From: Narcine bancroftii
Lineage: Eukaryota
Reading direction: 5' to 3'
Length of the DNA: 64,000 nt
Assembly: GCF_036971445.1 (NCBI RefSeq)
Contig: NC_091474.1
Span: 137,020,001 to 137,084,000, forward strand
Shown: in pieces, positions 35,735 through 46,217 of the stretch
Layout of the letters: each line of letters opens with the position of its first letter
How positions within the stretch are numbered: position 1 is the first letter of the stretch
The notes under the pieces: model-generated
Database searches by the model: none
The model's input: only the letters and a program-made list of their open reading frames with translations
Told to the model about the DNA's origin: nothing
Program-made: the position numbers and the translations under genes

Positions 35735-36730
35735 CCCATCTACCTTTTCATCCAAGACATTTGTGTACACCATAAACAACAGAAGTCCCGAGACCACTGT
35801 GGACACTGGTCATGCATTTCTCGCCTGAAATAACAGCCTACCACCACTTCCCTCTGACTTCTATGTGCAAGCCAGTTCTGAATCCAAAGTGACTCCAATC
35901 TTTCACCTTTGGCCTTGAACAGTCCTATTTTCTCCCTCATTATTTATAATTTAGAAATACAGTATGGTAACAAGCCCATCCAGTCCACAAATCCGTGCCA
36001 TCCAAATACCTCAATATGTTACAACCCCTGTAAGTTTTTTGAAAGGTGGGAGGAAACCAGAGCACCCAGAGAAATCCCAGGCAGGTCACAGGGAGAACAT
36101 ACAAACTCCTTACAGACAGTGCTTTAATAGTGTTGTGCTAATTTCTAGGCTAACCATGCCACTTTTAACCTCTTATATTTAATGCGTATAAAATGCCTTG
36201 GGATTCTCTTTAATTCAGCTTGTCAAGGACATTTCATGGCTCCTTTTGGCCTTCCTCATCCCCTGCCTGAGCTCTTTCCTGCTTGTTCTTGCAGTTCTTC
36301 TTAAATAAAGGGACATCATTACCACCCTCCAGTCTTCATGTGCCTCACCCGTGTCTAAGGAAGAAACAAAATCTCTGCAAATGTCCATTTAATTTCTTCT
36401 TTTGCTTCTCATAAGACTTCAACATGTACTTGATAAAGTCTTAGCACCAACAGTATTTCCTTTCTTCCTTTCTCCTGATGTCAATATGTTTTGTGACATC
36501 ACAGTTCTTTTCCCCATTTCCCTAGCTACCATGACCTTCTTCACAGCCATGAATCATCTGGACTCCCACAACAATGATGAGAACATACCAAAAATATTGC
36601 TACCACCTGTGTGAAGAAATTCCTTTTCATCTCTGACCTGAATGGCTGATCCCTTATTTTGTATCTGCATTGACTGGTTTTCAATATTCTGGCTGGGGAA
36701 ACATCAGCCCCACATTTATTCTGACAAACC
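35735..36730 (-). mobile_element. CR1 ORF2 fragments with a nested SINE
   Basis: WIQNWLAHRSQR...PQ (35740-35940); FRSEMKRNFFTQ (36541-36732). Confidence 0.65.
35945..36162 (-). mobile_element. HE1/V-SINE-like SINE
   Basis: Reverse of ctgtctgtaaggagtttgtatgttctccc...tgctctggtttcctcccacc core. Confidence 0.75.
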
Positions 36731-37090
36731 ACAGTGGACCCAGCACTGATCTCTACAGCACATCACTCGTCACAGGGCTTCAATTTGAATAACACCAACC
36801 CCTTTAAGAATTCATTATGTGCAACATGGTGATAGATTGTCCTGGAAAATATGTGACCAGGAAAGAAAGTCATATCTTTAACTTATATTTATACATTTAT
36901 GCACATACATACATGCACACATCTTTAAATTTATTTGCACTGGCAACTTTACTTATAGCTGCTGAGGCCCTAGCTCTGGAATTCTCCATCCACTCTCCTC
37001 TGTGGAGTCCTATGGTCATGGTACCATGTTAAGGCCATCACATCATGTTTTTGTGGACATCTCTGTGCTAATTTGTTATCTGCTATAGGC

Positions 37091-38345
37091 ACGAAAACCA
37101 ACAAGGTCGGGTCAGATACAGCAATGAGCTCTCTGAACCCTTCTCCATTAACAATGGCGTGAAGCAAGGCTGTGTTCTCGCACCAACCCTCTTTTCAATC
37201 TTCTTCAGCATGATGCTGAACCAAGCCATGAAAGACCCCAACAATGAAGACGCTGTTTACATCCGGTACCGCACGGATGGCAGTCTCTTCAATCTGAGGC
37301 GCCTGCAAGCTCACACCAAGACACAAGAGAAACTTGTCCGTGAACTACTCTTTGCAGATGATGCCGCTTTAGTTGCCCATTCAGAGCCAGCTCTTCAGCG
37401 CTTGACGTCCTGCTTTGCGGAAACTGCCAAAATGTTTGGCCTGGAAGTCAGCCTGAAGAAAACTGAGGTCCTCCATCAGCCAGCTCCCCACCATGACTAC
37501 CAGCCCCCCCACATCTCCATCGGGCACACAAAACTCAAAACGGTCAACCAGTTTACCTATCTCGGCTGCACCATTTCATCAGATGCAAGGATCGACAATG
37601 AGATAGACAACAGACTCGCCAAGGCAAATAGCGCCTTTGGAAGACTACACAAAAGAGTCTGGAAAAACAACCAACTGAAAAACCTCACAAAGATAAGCGT
37701 ATACAGAGCCGTTGTCATACCCACACTCCTGTTCGGCTCCGAATCATGGGTCCTCTACCGGCACCACCTACGGCTCCTAGAACGCTTCCACCAGCGTTGT
37801 CTCCGCTCCATCCTCAACATCCATTGGAGCGCTCACACCCCTAACGTCGAGGTACTCGAGATGGCAGAGGTCGACAGCATCGAGTCCACGCTGCTGAAGA
37901 TCCAGCTGCGCTGGATGGGTCACGTCTCCAGAATGGAGGACCATCGCCTTCCCAAGATCGTATTATATGGCGAGCTCTCCACTGGCCACCGTGACAGAGG
38001 TGCACCAAAGAAAAGGTACAAGGACTGCCTAAAGAAATCTCTTGGTGCCTGCCACATTGACCACCGCCAGTGGGCTGATAACGCCTCAAACCGTGCATCT
38101 TGGCGCCTCACAGTTTGGCGGGCAGCAGCCTCCTTTGAAGAAGACCGCAGAGCCCACCTCACTGACAAAAGGCAAAGGAGGAAAAACCCAACACCCAACC
38201 CCAACCAACCAATTTTCCCTTGCAACCGCTGCAATCGTGTCTGCCTGTCCCGCATCGGACTGGTCAGCCACAAACGAGCCTGCAGCTGACGTGGACTTTT
38301 TACCCCCTCCATAAATCTTCGTCCGCGAAGCCAAGCCAAAGAAAG
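37091..38345 (+). mobile_element. Young RTE-clade LINE, 5'-truncated, with intact reading frame
   Basis: Perfect 6-bp TSD ataggc (37085-37090, 38346-38351); tail agccaagccaaagaaag. Confidence 0.95.
37159..38289 (+). CDS. RTE reverse transcriptase C-terminal part (376 aa open, N-terminally truncated, probably not expressed)
   Basis: KQGCVLAP, LLFADD catalytic motif, FTYLG, LRWMGHVSRM, C-terminal CNRCNRVC...SHKRAC. Confidence 0.85.
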   Translation: MKQGCVLAPTLFSIFFSMMLNQAMKDPNNEDAVYIRYRTDGSLFNLRRLQAHTKTQEKLVRELLFADDAALVAHSEPALQRLTSCFAETAKMFGLEVSLKKTEVLHQPAPHHDYQPPHISIGHTKLKTVNQFTYLGCTISSDARIDNEIDNRLAKANSAFGRLHKRVWKNNQLKNLTKISVYRAVVIPTLLFGSESWVLYRHHLRLLERFHQRCLRSILNIHWSAHTPNVEVLEMAEVDSIESTLLKIQLRWMGHVSRMEDHRLPKIVLYGELSTGHRDRGAPKKRYKDCLKKSLGACHIDHRQWADNASNRASWRLTVWRAAASFEEDRRAHLTDKRQRRKNPTPNPNQPIFPCNRCNRVCLSRIGLVSHKRACS

Positions 38346-39269
38346 ATAGGCCAAGAGAATTAATAAAGAACATTAAACCATCATTCCTCCCTCTTCTTTT
38401 CTTGTTTGATTTCCTCCAGCTGTCTGTCACTACCATTGGACATCCCTTCTTGCTACCCCATGGGAGGTGTTCAAATTTCAAAGCCAGAAGAAAACCTGTT
38501 CATCTGGGCTTCCAGCTCTTCCTTCTGATCTTTGCACCTGAGGATAACTCCAGAAAGATGCGCTCTAGTGCTCTTGTGCAAGAGCAGATAAAGAAAGAGA
38601 ATCATGTGGATGGGACAAAGGAGTTTACATTTAACTGGAGAGGCTATCATTTATATCTCCCCACCATCATCGGGGAACAAATTTCTACAAGTCAAGGATT
38701 TTTTATTCCGATATAATTTAAGGTCCTCGGTATGTGCAGTAAATTTTTACCAATATGAAACTATTAAATGTAACCTAAGGGACCAATCAAGGCCAGAGTG
38801 CCTTAACATTGGCTAAAATTATTAGCTGAAGGGAAGACAAACTTTAATAATCAGGACATAAGCAAAGAACATGTATTCTTACAGTGTCTGAGAAGAAGGG
38901 ACATTTTATTTTCTGCCTTTATCAAAAATAATAACATCAGCATGTGCTGCATCTTGGACAATTGAATTCCCAACACAGTTAAAACATTTATTTCAATTTT
39001 TTCATGACAATTCATCGCTTCACAGGCTGTGGCCATTCATTTAACAACTATCATGTGGATGGGACAAAGGAATTTACATTTAACAAGATTTGTGTTCACT
39101 TGGAAAGCCAGGGACTAGTTAGAAGGAGTCAGCATGGATTTGTGCAGGGGAAATTATGTCTCACAATCTGACTGAATTTTTGCAGGCAAAATCTTTCTCA
39201 AGCAGTACATAAATAGCCCTTTTCAATGAGCTAGTGAACACACATCTACATTGAGCACACCTGCATCCA

Positions 39270-39570
39270 TAGTCATCGATGCAGTTGTCCGATTAGCTTT
39301 CAAGAGAATGAACCTGTGGTAAGTGATTAGACCAAATGGAGCCCATGGATGATTCCTCTGTGCCTGTACAGACCAACTGCAGTTGTACTCATAGACAACT
39401 TAGGCCTCTCTCTCAACAGGCTGAAGTACCCTTCTGTTTCAAGAGGCTACTGTTGTCCCAGTTCTGAAGAAAAATGTAGAGACATGTTTAAATGATTATC
39501 GGCCTGCGGCTCTGACATCTACTATCCTGAACTGCTTTGATAGGTTGTTCATGGCTCACATTAATTCCAG
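39270..39570 (+). mobile_element. Rex1/Babar-like RT fragment
   Basis: CLNDYRPAALTS..LNCFD motif (tgtttaaatgattatcggcctgcggctctgacatct). Confidence 0.6.
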
Positions 39571-39699
39571 ATTATGAACCATCACATAGGCTAACCCCCT
39601 CAACTCTGGAGTCAACCTGGTGAACCTCCTCTCCACTATCTCCAGAGCCAGTATTTCCAATCTCAAGTAAGGAGACCACAGCTAAACACAGTACTATAC

Positions 39700-40185
39700 T
39701 TTGTCAAATATATTAACAATTTGGATATGAACACAGGCGGCAAGATAGTGAGTTTGTGGATTACATTGAATTGTGGACAGTGAAGAATGTTGTCTGAGGT
39801 CACACATGGATCCAGCTCAACTGTGAATGAAGAAAGAAAGAAATAGCAGATGAAATTAAACCCAGAAAAATGTGAAATTATGCATTCTGGGAAGTTAAAT
39901 CAAGGCAGGATTCATTTATATGGGGAAAGACAGAACTCCTGGGTGAGTTGTAGAGATCCAGGAATACAAGGACATAGTTAACGGAAAGTGGCAACATAGG
40001 TAGACACAGGGAAGAAAGCTCTTGATTTTATTAGGTACGGCACAAAGTGCAAGAGTTTAGAGATTATGTCACAGCTATTAAAGACATTGGTAAGCCCACA
40101 CTTGGAATTCTGTGTGTGTTTCTTCTTTCTATACTATAGCAAGGATATAATTAAACTGGAGAGGGGACAGAGCAGATTGTAAAAG
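39700..40185 (+). mobile_element. CR1 RT fragment
   Basis: QMKLNPEKCEIMHSG and KTLVSPHLEFC-like remnants. Confidence 0.65.
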
Positions 40186-40819
40186 GTGAAAGAAGAGAAT
40201 TTTAAACAAGTGTCATTTTCTCTTTTGACAGACTTGATCAGGAACACATTTTTGGATTTGATTCAGATAGTGAATTGTGGAAAGCTTTATGGAAGGAGTG
40301 ATTTTCTGCATTCTCTTCTGATACCTTACTTCAAGGACATGAAAGCACATGAAATTTGTTAAGACCACGAAGAGAGCAAGTTGTGATCTTGTTAGGATTA
40401 AGAAATTACTATTTGGCCCAATAATCTTGAGAGCCACCCTGATTGATAGGTTAATCACTGTTTGAGAAGGAAGGATGAAAGGCTGATTTTCCTCTCTCAG
40501 ATCCTGAACAATCAATCACTAGCAGTCATTTCTCCCATAAAGGAAGATAATTATAGCTGTTGGATGTCAATCAGCTCAACCTCAGGGCATCATTTCAGGC
40601 TCCAACTTATTACACATCAATTTATACTCAAATTCCACCCTTCACAATTTGGACCCACTCTGAATTGTCTTTATTGCATTCTGAGATACAAGGTTTATGT
40701 TATGGATCAGCATATGGATGCTTTGACTTCACTCTGCCATAAAACTTGTCTCACTCTACCTCAAAGCTGTTATTGTTTGCAGTTCCACTTTATTGCAGAT
40801 TTTGGTAATGGGGAGAGAT

Positions 40820-41340
40820 TGGAATAGAATGGACTTGCTTTCCTGACCACAGAAGACCTGATGGAAATGAATAAAATTATGAGAAGCATAGAGGCACAGA
40901 TATTCAAAATCTTTCTTCCCCATGGTCAAGGTATCAAAAACAAGACACCTAATTTTAAGGTGAGAGTAGTTTAACCATATAACCATTTACGGAGCGGAAA
41001 CAGGCCATGTTGGCCTTTCAAGTCCGCACCGGTTCACAGATTTTGTGCGCCCTCTTCAGGCATTGGTTCCGGTAGATCTTCATTCAATAACGATGGGAAA
41101 AGCTATGCTCCAGAACTATGAGAAATACAATATTAATGGGGATCTTAATGGTATGCTTTTCATACAAAGAATGATTGATATCTGGAACTTGTTGCCAGAG
41201 GGGGAGGCAGATTGGTTTACAATTACTATATGTAAGAGGCAATTAGGCAGACACTGAAATAGGCAAGGCATAGAATGATAGGATCTCAATTCAGGCAAAT
41301 GGGTTAGTGTAATTAGGCAAAGATTATAGGATCTATTAAC
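40820..41340 (+). mobile_element. CR1 3' fragment with a short antisense SINE/LINE tail inserted at about 40972-41097
   Basis: FIQRMIDIWNLLPEG...ICKRQLGRH; the insert reads ggccaacatggcctgtttccgctccgtaaatggttatatggtt on minus. Confidence 0.55.
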
Positions 41341-41849
41341 TCCATAGCTGTCACATTTGGCTCTGTGACCTATATGTGCTGATCTTTTCTGACCTCAAAG
41401 ATCACAAACTATATCAACTCTTGAATTCCAATGCACTGCAGATCTTTCTCCCTGAGCTATTTTCTCTAACTCCAATCCCTCCCCCAATTCTATTCCCTGC
41501 CACATTTTCACCATCGCTTCCGATTTTCCCCTCAGATCCTGAAAAATCATTCCTCATCAGAGGTCTTAGCTTTACAATCCCCTATGTTTCAGCTTAATAA
41601 ATTCTAGGCCTTTTATTCTGCTGCCTCTGGCTCCATGCCAATTTTTTTAGTCTGGAGCCCTCACCCCAGACAGTAGATGCATTTTTTCATCTCTAGAATG
41701 CCGTATCAACCTGGATCCCTCCTTCTAATGTTTAGCCTTTTCTTAATCTATTCATTAATATATTCTGATAGAATATTGACCACCTTAATTTATCTACTCC
41801 CCTCACTCACTCTAATTTACTTCCCTCTGAATATATTGTGAACATGAAA

Positions 41850-42580
41850 ATTGTGAATTCGTTCAGGGCTGTAGGAAGGGGAGAACAAGGGTCCATACAT
41901 CTGTGTAACATTGGCAGTGGAAGGGGTTAGTATCTTCAGGTTTCTTAGTGTCCATATATTGGAGGACCTTTCCTGGAGCTAGCATTGCAAGGCAACCATG
42001 AAGAAGGCACACTAACCTCTCTACTTTCTAAGAAGACTGAGAAAATTTGGCATACTATTGAATACTCTATCGAACCTCTGTACTGTGGAAAATATACAGA
42101 CTAGTTCTAGCACAGTCTAGTCTGGACAATTGAGCATGCACTAATGTAGAAAGTGGCAAACCTAGCCAAGCTTGTTACGAATACCAACATCCTGTCCATT
42201 GAAGACATTTATCTGACATGCTATCTCAAGAATTCAGCCAACGTAATACCCAACAGTCTGGTCCCAATCTTTTCTCACTGCTTCCTTCAGGCAGAAGGTA
42301 CAGAAGCCTGAAATCCAACACTTCAAGGTTCAAGAACAGCTTTTATTGAACACTATCAGACTCTTGAGCCTCCCCATACTACCCTAAACTATTCTAGAAC
42401 CACCAAAAGATCTATCTACACACTATAGAAGCATCTCTTATTTTTCTTGCACTGACTGCAGTTTAATGTAAACTATTATAGTTGATGTGTCTTATGTACC
42501 TGTGCAGCTGTGGAAAGTAAGAATTTTAGTCTATCTGTACATTGTATTTATGAGTATGACAAAAACTCTCATCTCATCTC
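41850..42580 (+). mobile_element. Rex1/Babar-like LINE 3' fragment
   Basis: LYFLRRLRKF, LLPSGRRYRSLK, RFKNSF...IRLL remnants. Confidence 0.65.
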
Positions 42581-43684
42581 AATTCTGCTCACTGAGAAAC
42601 AAACCTAATGTTCCTAACATTCAAACCTGCCAATAAGTGGTGATAGAGAACTCATCTCTATCTTCCAGAGGCCAAGCCCCCACACAATTCCTTAAACCTC
42701 ATTCTGGACCATGAATCCATCATCAAATATCAGTCCTTTGCCGGCAACACAGACATGAACCTCTTTTCCTTGGGAGATCTTTACTCCATGCTGCAGCTCA
42801 CTTTTATCTTTTGCTCAGAAACAACAAGCAAAAGTCTGCTTTTGTTCCATCAAACTTAGTTCTATCTTCTTGAGTCCATCCTTTTCTCCTGGTCTTGTCC
42901 CTTCCCACTTAGATCAGTGACACTTTGGATGCTCTCCGTCATATCAAAATTTTCATTTTCCCTGGTCCCAACTGGTTCAGCTTTACAGTCTTTCTCTACC
43001 TCTGTCTGCATCAGGCTTAGGGCCTTTTGCTTTCTCTTTTAAAAGAGGCCTAAACAGATCTCTTCCACTAACAGACTCATTTGGCTGGCTAAACTTGTCC
43101 TCACATTAAATAACACTTCCTTCAACCCCACTCACTTTCTCTAGATCAAAGGTGTAGCTGTGTTTGTTCACATGGGCCCTTTTTTGGATGGGATAAATAG
43201 AACAGCCTTTCTTTCAGTTCCACCTGTGCCCACTTGCTCACCTCTTTATATGATACATGAATAACTGCATTAGGGCTTCTTCCTATACTTGGGCAGAACT
43301 CAAAATCATCATCACTTTGCTTCCAATTTCCACACTGCTCTCATGGTCTTTCTCTGACTCATTCCGTCCCCTTTTAAAAATATTTCTAATTACATCTCTG
43401 GAAAAAGGCTCGAAGTGAATAATCTCACAACTATCTTGATTATTCTTTCTCTTGCTCCACTTTGTGTAAGGGTGCCATTAATTTCCAAGTTTCATTCCCT
43501 CCATTGGATTTTCTCCATTGAAACAATCTGCACTGATGCCTCAGTGATACACCCTTCTTCCTGAATTCTGATTTCACCCACTATCATAGTAGAGAGAGCA
43601 CACACTTCACCTCACCTCTGCTCTCATTTTCTTCTCTTCTGGACAGAGCAAGAATAGAGTTCTAATTTTTTTTAACAGTTTTTC

Positions 43685-43932
43685 ATTTAATTTTGATATC
43701 TACCATGGTAACAAGCCCTTTTGGCCTGTGGCCCAAATACACCAATTAACCGATAAACCCCACCCCATATGTATATTTGGAGAGAGAGGGTGGGAAGAAA
43801 CCTGAACATCCAGAAGAAACACACATGTCACAGCAAGAACATACAAACTCCTTACAGACTGTGCTAGATTCAAATCCGGGTCGTTGGTGGTTTAATAGTG
43901 TTGCACTAACCATTATGCTAACCATACTGTCC
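43685..43932 (-). mobile_element. HE1/V-SINE-like SINE
   Basis: Minus strand: tggttagcataatggttagtg, cccggatttgaatc, ctgtaaggagtttgtatgttct. Confidence 0.75.
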
Positions 43933-44184
43933 TAACCAATTTTCCTAGTCCTTACTTTCCATCCTATCGGCAGCTGCATTCAAAGGATCATCTTTGACAA
44001 TCTCTGCCAGTTCCCAAAAGATTCCACCTCCAGACACATATACCTTCACTGCACTTTCAGCATTTGGAGGATATCACTTCCTTTGGGAAGTGATGGCAAG
44101 CTCTTCTGCCTGGCCAATCCCTCCCCATATTCAAACACTTTTCCATTCAACTAAAGGAGGTAGTTGTAAACCTGTCATAGATTC

Positions 44185-44985
44185 CTAGAATTTTACAGCA
44201 TGGAAACAAGTCTTTGGCCTAACTTGTCTATGTGACCAAGTTGTCTGTCTAAGTTCATGCCATTTGTTTAGCCCATTAAACCTTTCCTATCCATGTATCA
44301 AAATTACTTTTATCTGTTGTAATAGTACACACCTCTACCACTTCCTCTGGCGGATCATTCCAAATAACTACCACTGTATGTGTGAAAAAGGTTCCTGCCC
44401 CCCCCCCCCACCTGGCCCTTTTTAAATCATTCCCCTCTCACCTTCAATCTATGCCCTCTAGCTTTAGACTCCCCTATCCTGGGAAAAAGACAATAACTAT
44501 TTACCTTATATGTGCCCCTCATGATTTTATATACCTCTAAATTTCTCTTGTTCTCCATGGAGAAAAGTACTAGCTTATCCAGCCTCTCTTTTTAATTCAA
44601 GCCCATTATCCTGGTAACATTCATCTGAATTTTTTCTGCATCCTTTGCAGCCTGATTATGTACAAGAGGGCATGGCTTTAAAGTAATGGGTGAGAAATTC
44701 AAAGGAGATATTAGAGGAAGGTGTTTTACCCTGAGAGTGCGTGGAATGCACTACCTGGGTCAGTAGTGGAGGCAGGTACATTGGTGAATTTCAAGAGACT
44801 ACTAGGCAAGCAATTTAAATTAAGAGGAATTTAAAGTGGAGGATTATGTGGGAGGCAGGGTCTAAAGGTCAGCACAACATTGTAGGCTGAAGGGCCTGTA
44901 CTGTAGTATATCTTTCCTAAAGCTGGATGACAAGAACTATGCATAATACTCCAAGTATGGTCCCTCCAAGATTGTGTACAGTCAT
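44185..44985. mobile_element. CR1 3' fragments (minus copy with a plus-strand copy nested at about 44660-44910)
   Basis: tctaaagctagagggcatagattgaagg on minus; acaagaggggcatggctttaaag on plus. Confidence 0.65.
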
Positions 44986-45489
44986 TCCTTACCTACCTTC
45001 AGGTGTTGAAAGGTGTCCAGCCTCTTCTCTTGTGTGATGTGGTCTCTTCAACCCATCACTATTTACTTCTCCTGTTGCTAGTGTGAACAGAGCTGTCAAG
45101 AACCAAACTTTTCAAAATGCCTTTTAAAATTCTCCATTATTCTTACTTTATTTTCTTTTTTCAGACAGACTCTGCTTCCTCTATCAATCCCAAACACCTT
45201 CTTGCCTACCTCATTGTCAATTTAAGTTTAATAATATTATTTGCAACTACCTTGTGAGATTCTGTTGCATTGAAGGTGCTTTATAAATCGAAACTGCTGT
45301 TGGTGATCTCAATCCCTCACCTTTGATTTTCTGTACACTCTCCACAAATCCCATTTCAACCCAGAATCACTATTCCCAACTTCTAAGCTTCCTGTTTGTA
45401 TGTGGTAGTGTTTTTGCAGCTTTCACTATTTGACAGGTAACAATTCTAAAAAATAAGCAAATTTCTAGGCAGAAAGTCTACAATATTTG

Positions 45490-45947
45490 TGTGTGTGTAG
45501 CCCGTGCCGCGTTCTTGGAGGCTGCCTACATCTGCAAGGCGGACTTCACTGAGAGCGGCTATGTCGATGTCAAGTCTGAGGAGTTCATGTGCGATGAGGG
45601 CAGACCGACGTTCAGGTCGGTGGCTGTCAGCCTTGTCTAGCATGGTTCTGATGTTCCAGCATGCTAGCTTGAGTTTGTGAGCATCTTTTGAGGGGGAGGA
45701 CGTAGAGGGGGACGACGTGGACATGTCCTCGGGCCTGCGCAAAGAAGCTTTTAGGTGGAGTGCAGTGTGCGCAGTACTGGCCCCACCCTTTACGCCCATG
45801 GTTCATATGCCGTGGCCGAGCGAACTGGGATGTGGCAGCGAGGTCCTTGGGTCATAGGTTTTATATCGGAGTGGCCTTCTTCTATGCAGGTTTCTTACCC
45901 AGGCTGGAGGGGCCTGCCTCCCCTCCTAGGTCGGACCGTACCTGGTC
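45490..45947 (-). mobile_element. RTE 5' fragment (5' UTR plus APE endonuclease N-terminus), 3'-truncated, TSD-flanked
   Basis: LKLACWNIRTML...RPERRSALIAHEL...DIAALSEVR...GYT; flanks acaatatttg (45480-45489) and acaatatatg (45948-45957). Confidence 0.85.
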
Positions 45948-46217
45948 ACAATATATGTGTGGAGCACACAATAATCACATCGACATGATAGAGTGATTAA
46001 ACGGCTTTAATTATCAAAAACTTGAGCATTACTAATACACTACTTGGCCAGGTTCCTGGTACAGGAGCAAGAGGGGGAAAGTCCAAGCATGCTGGCCTTT
46101 ATTGGGAAATCCAGGGAGGAGCCAAGGGAGGACTTAGGGAAGGTCAGGGAGGTTCAGACTGGCTCGTCCATACATCTATGCAAATTCCCTTCACCACATT
46201 CACCCCTTCTTTGAGAT

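Larger units (their letters stand above)
41370..44180 (+). mobile_element. Penelope-like element RT region, fragmented by later insertions
   Basis: LIRGLSF, KGVA...HMGP and YIDD-like (gatacatgaataactgc) remnants; interrupted at about 41850-42580 and 43685-43932. Confidence 0.6.

Noticed and set aside
37920-38481. Antisense ORFs recurring in each RTE copy
   Set aside because: They recur only because the copies are near-identical; no independent coding evidence
45800-45947. HDV-like ribozyme expected in some RTE 5' UTRs
   Set aside because: Could not build the nested double pseudoknot by eye; the copy may lack the extreme 5' end
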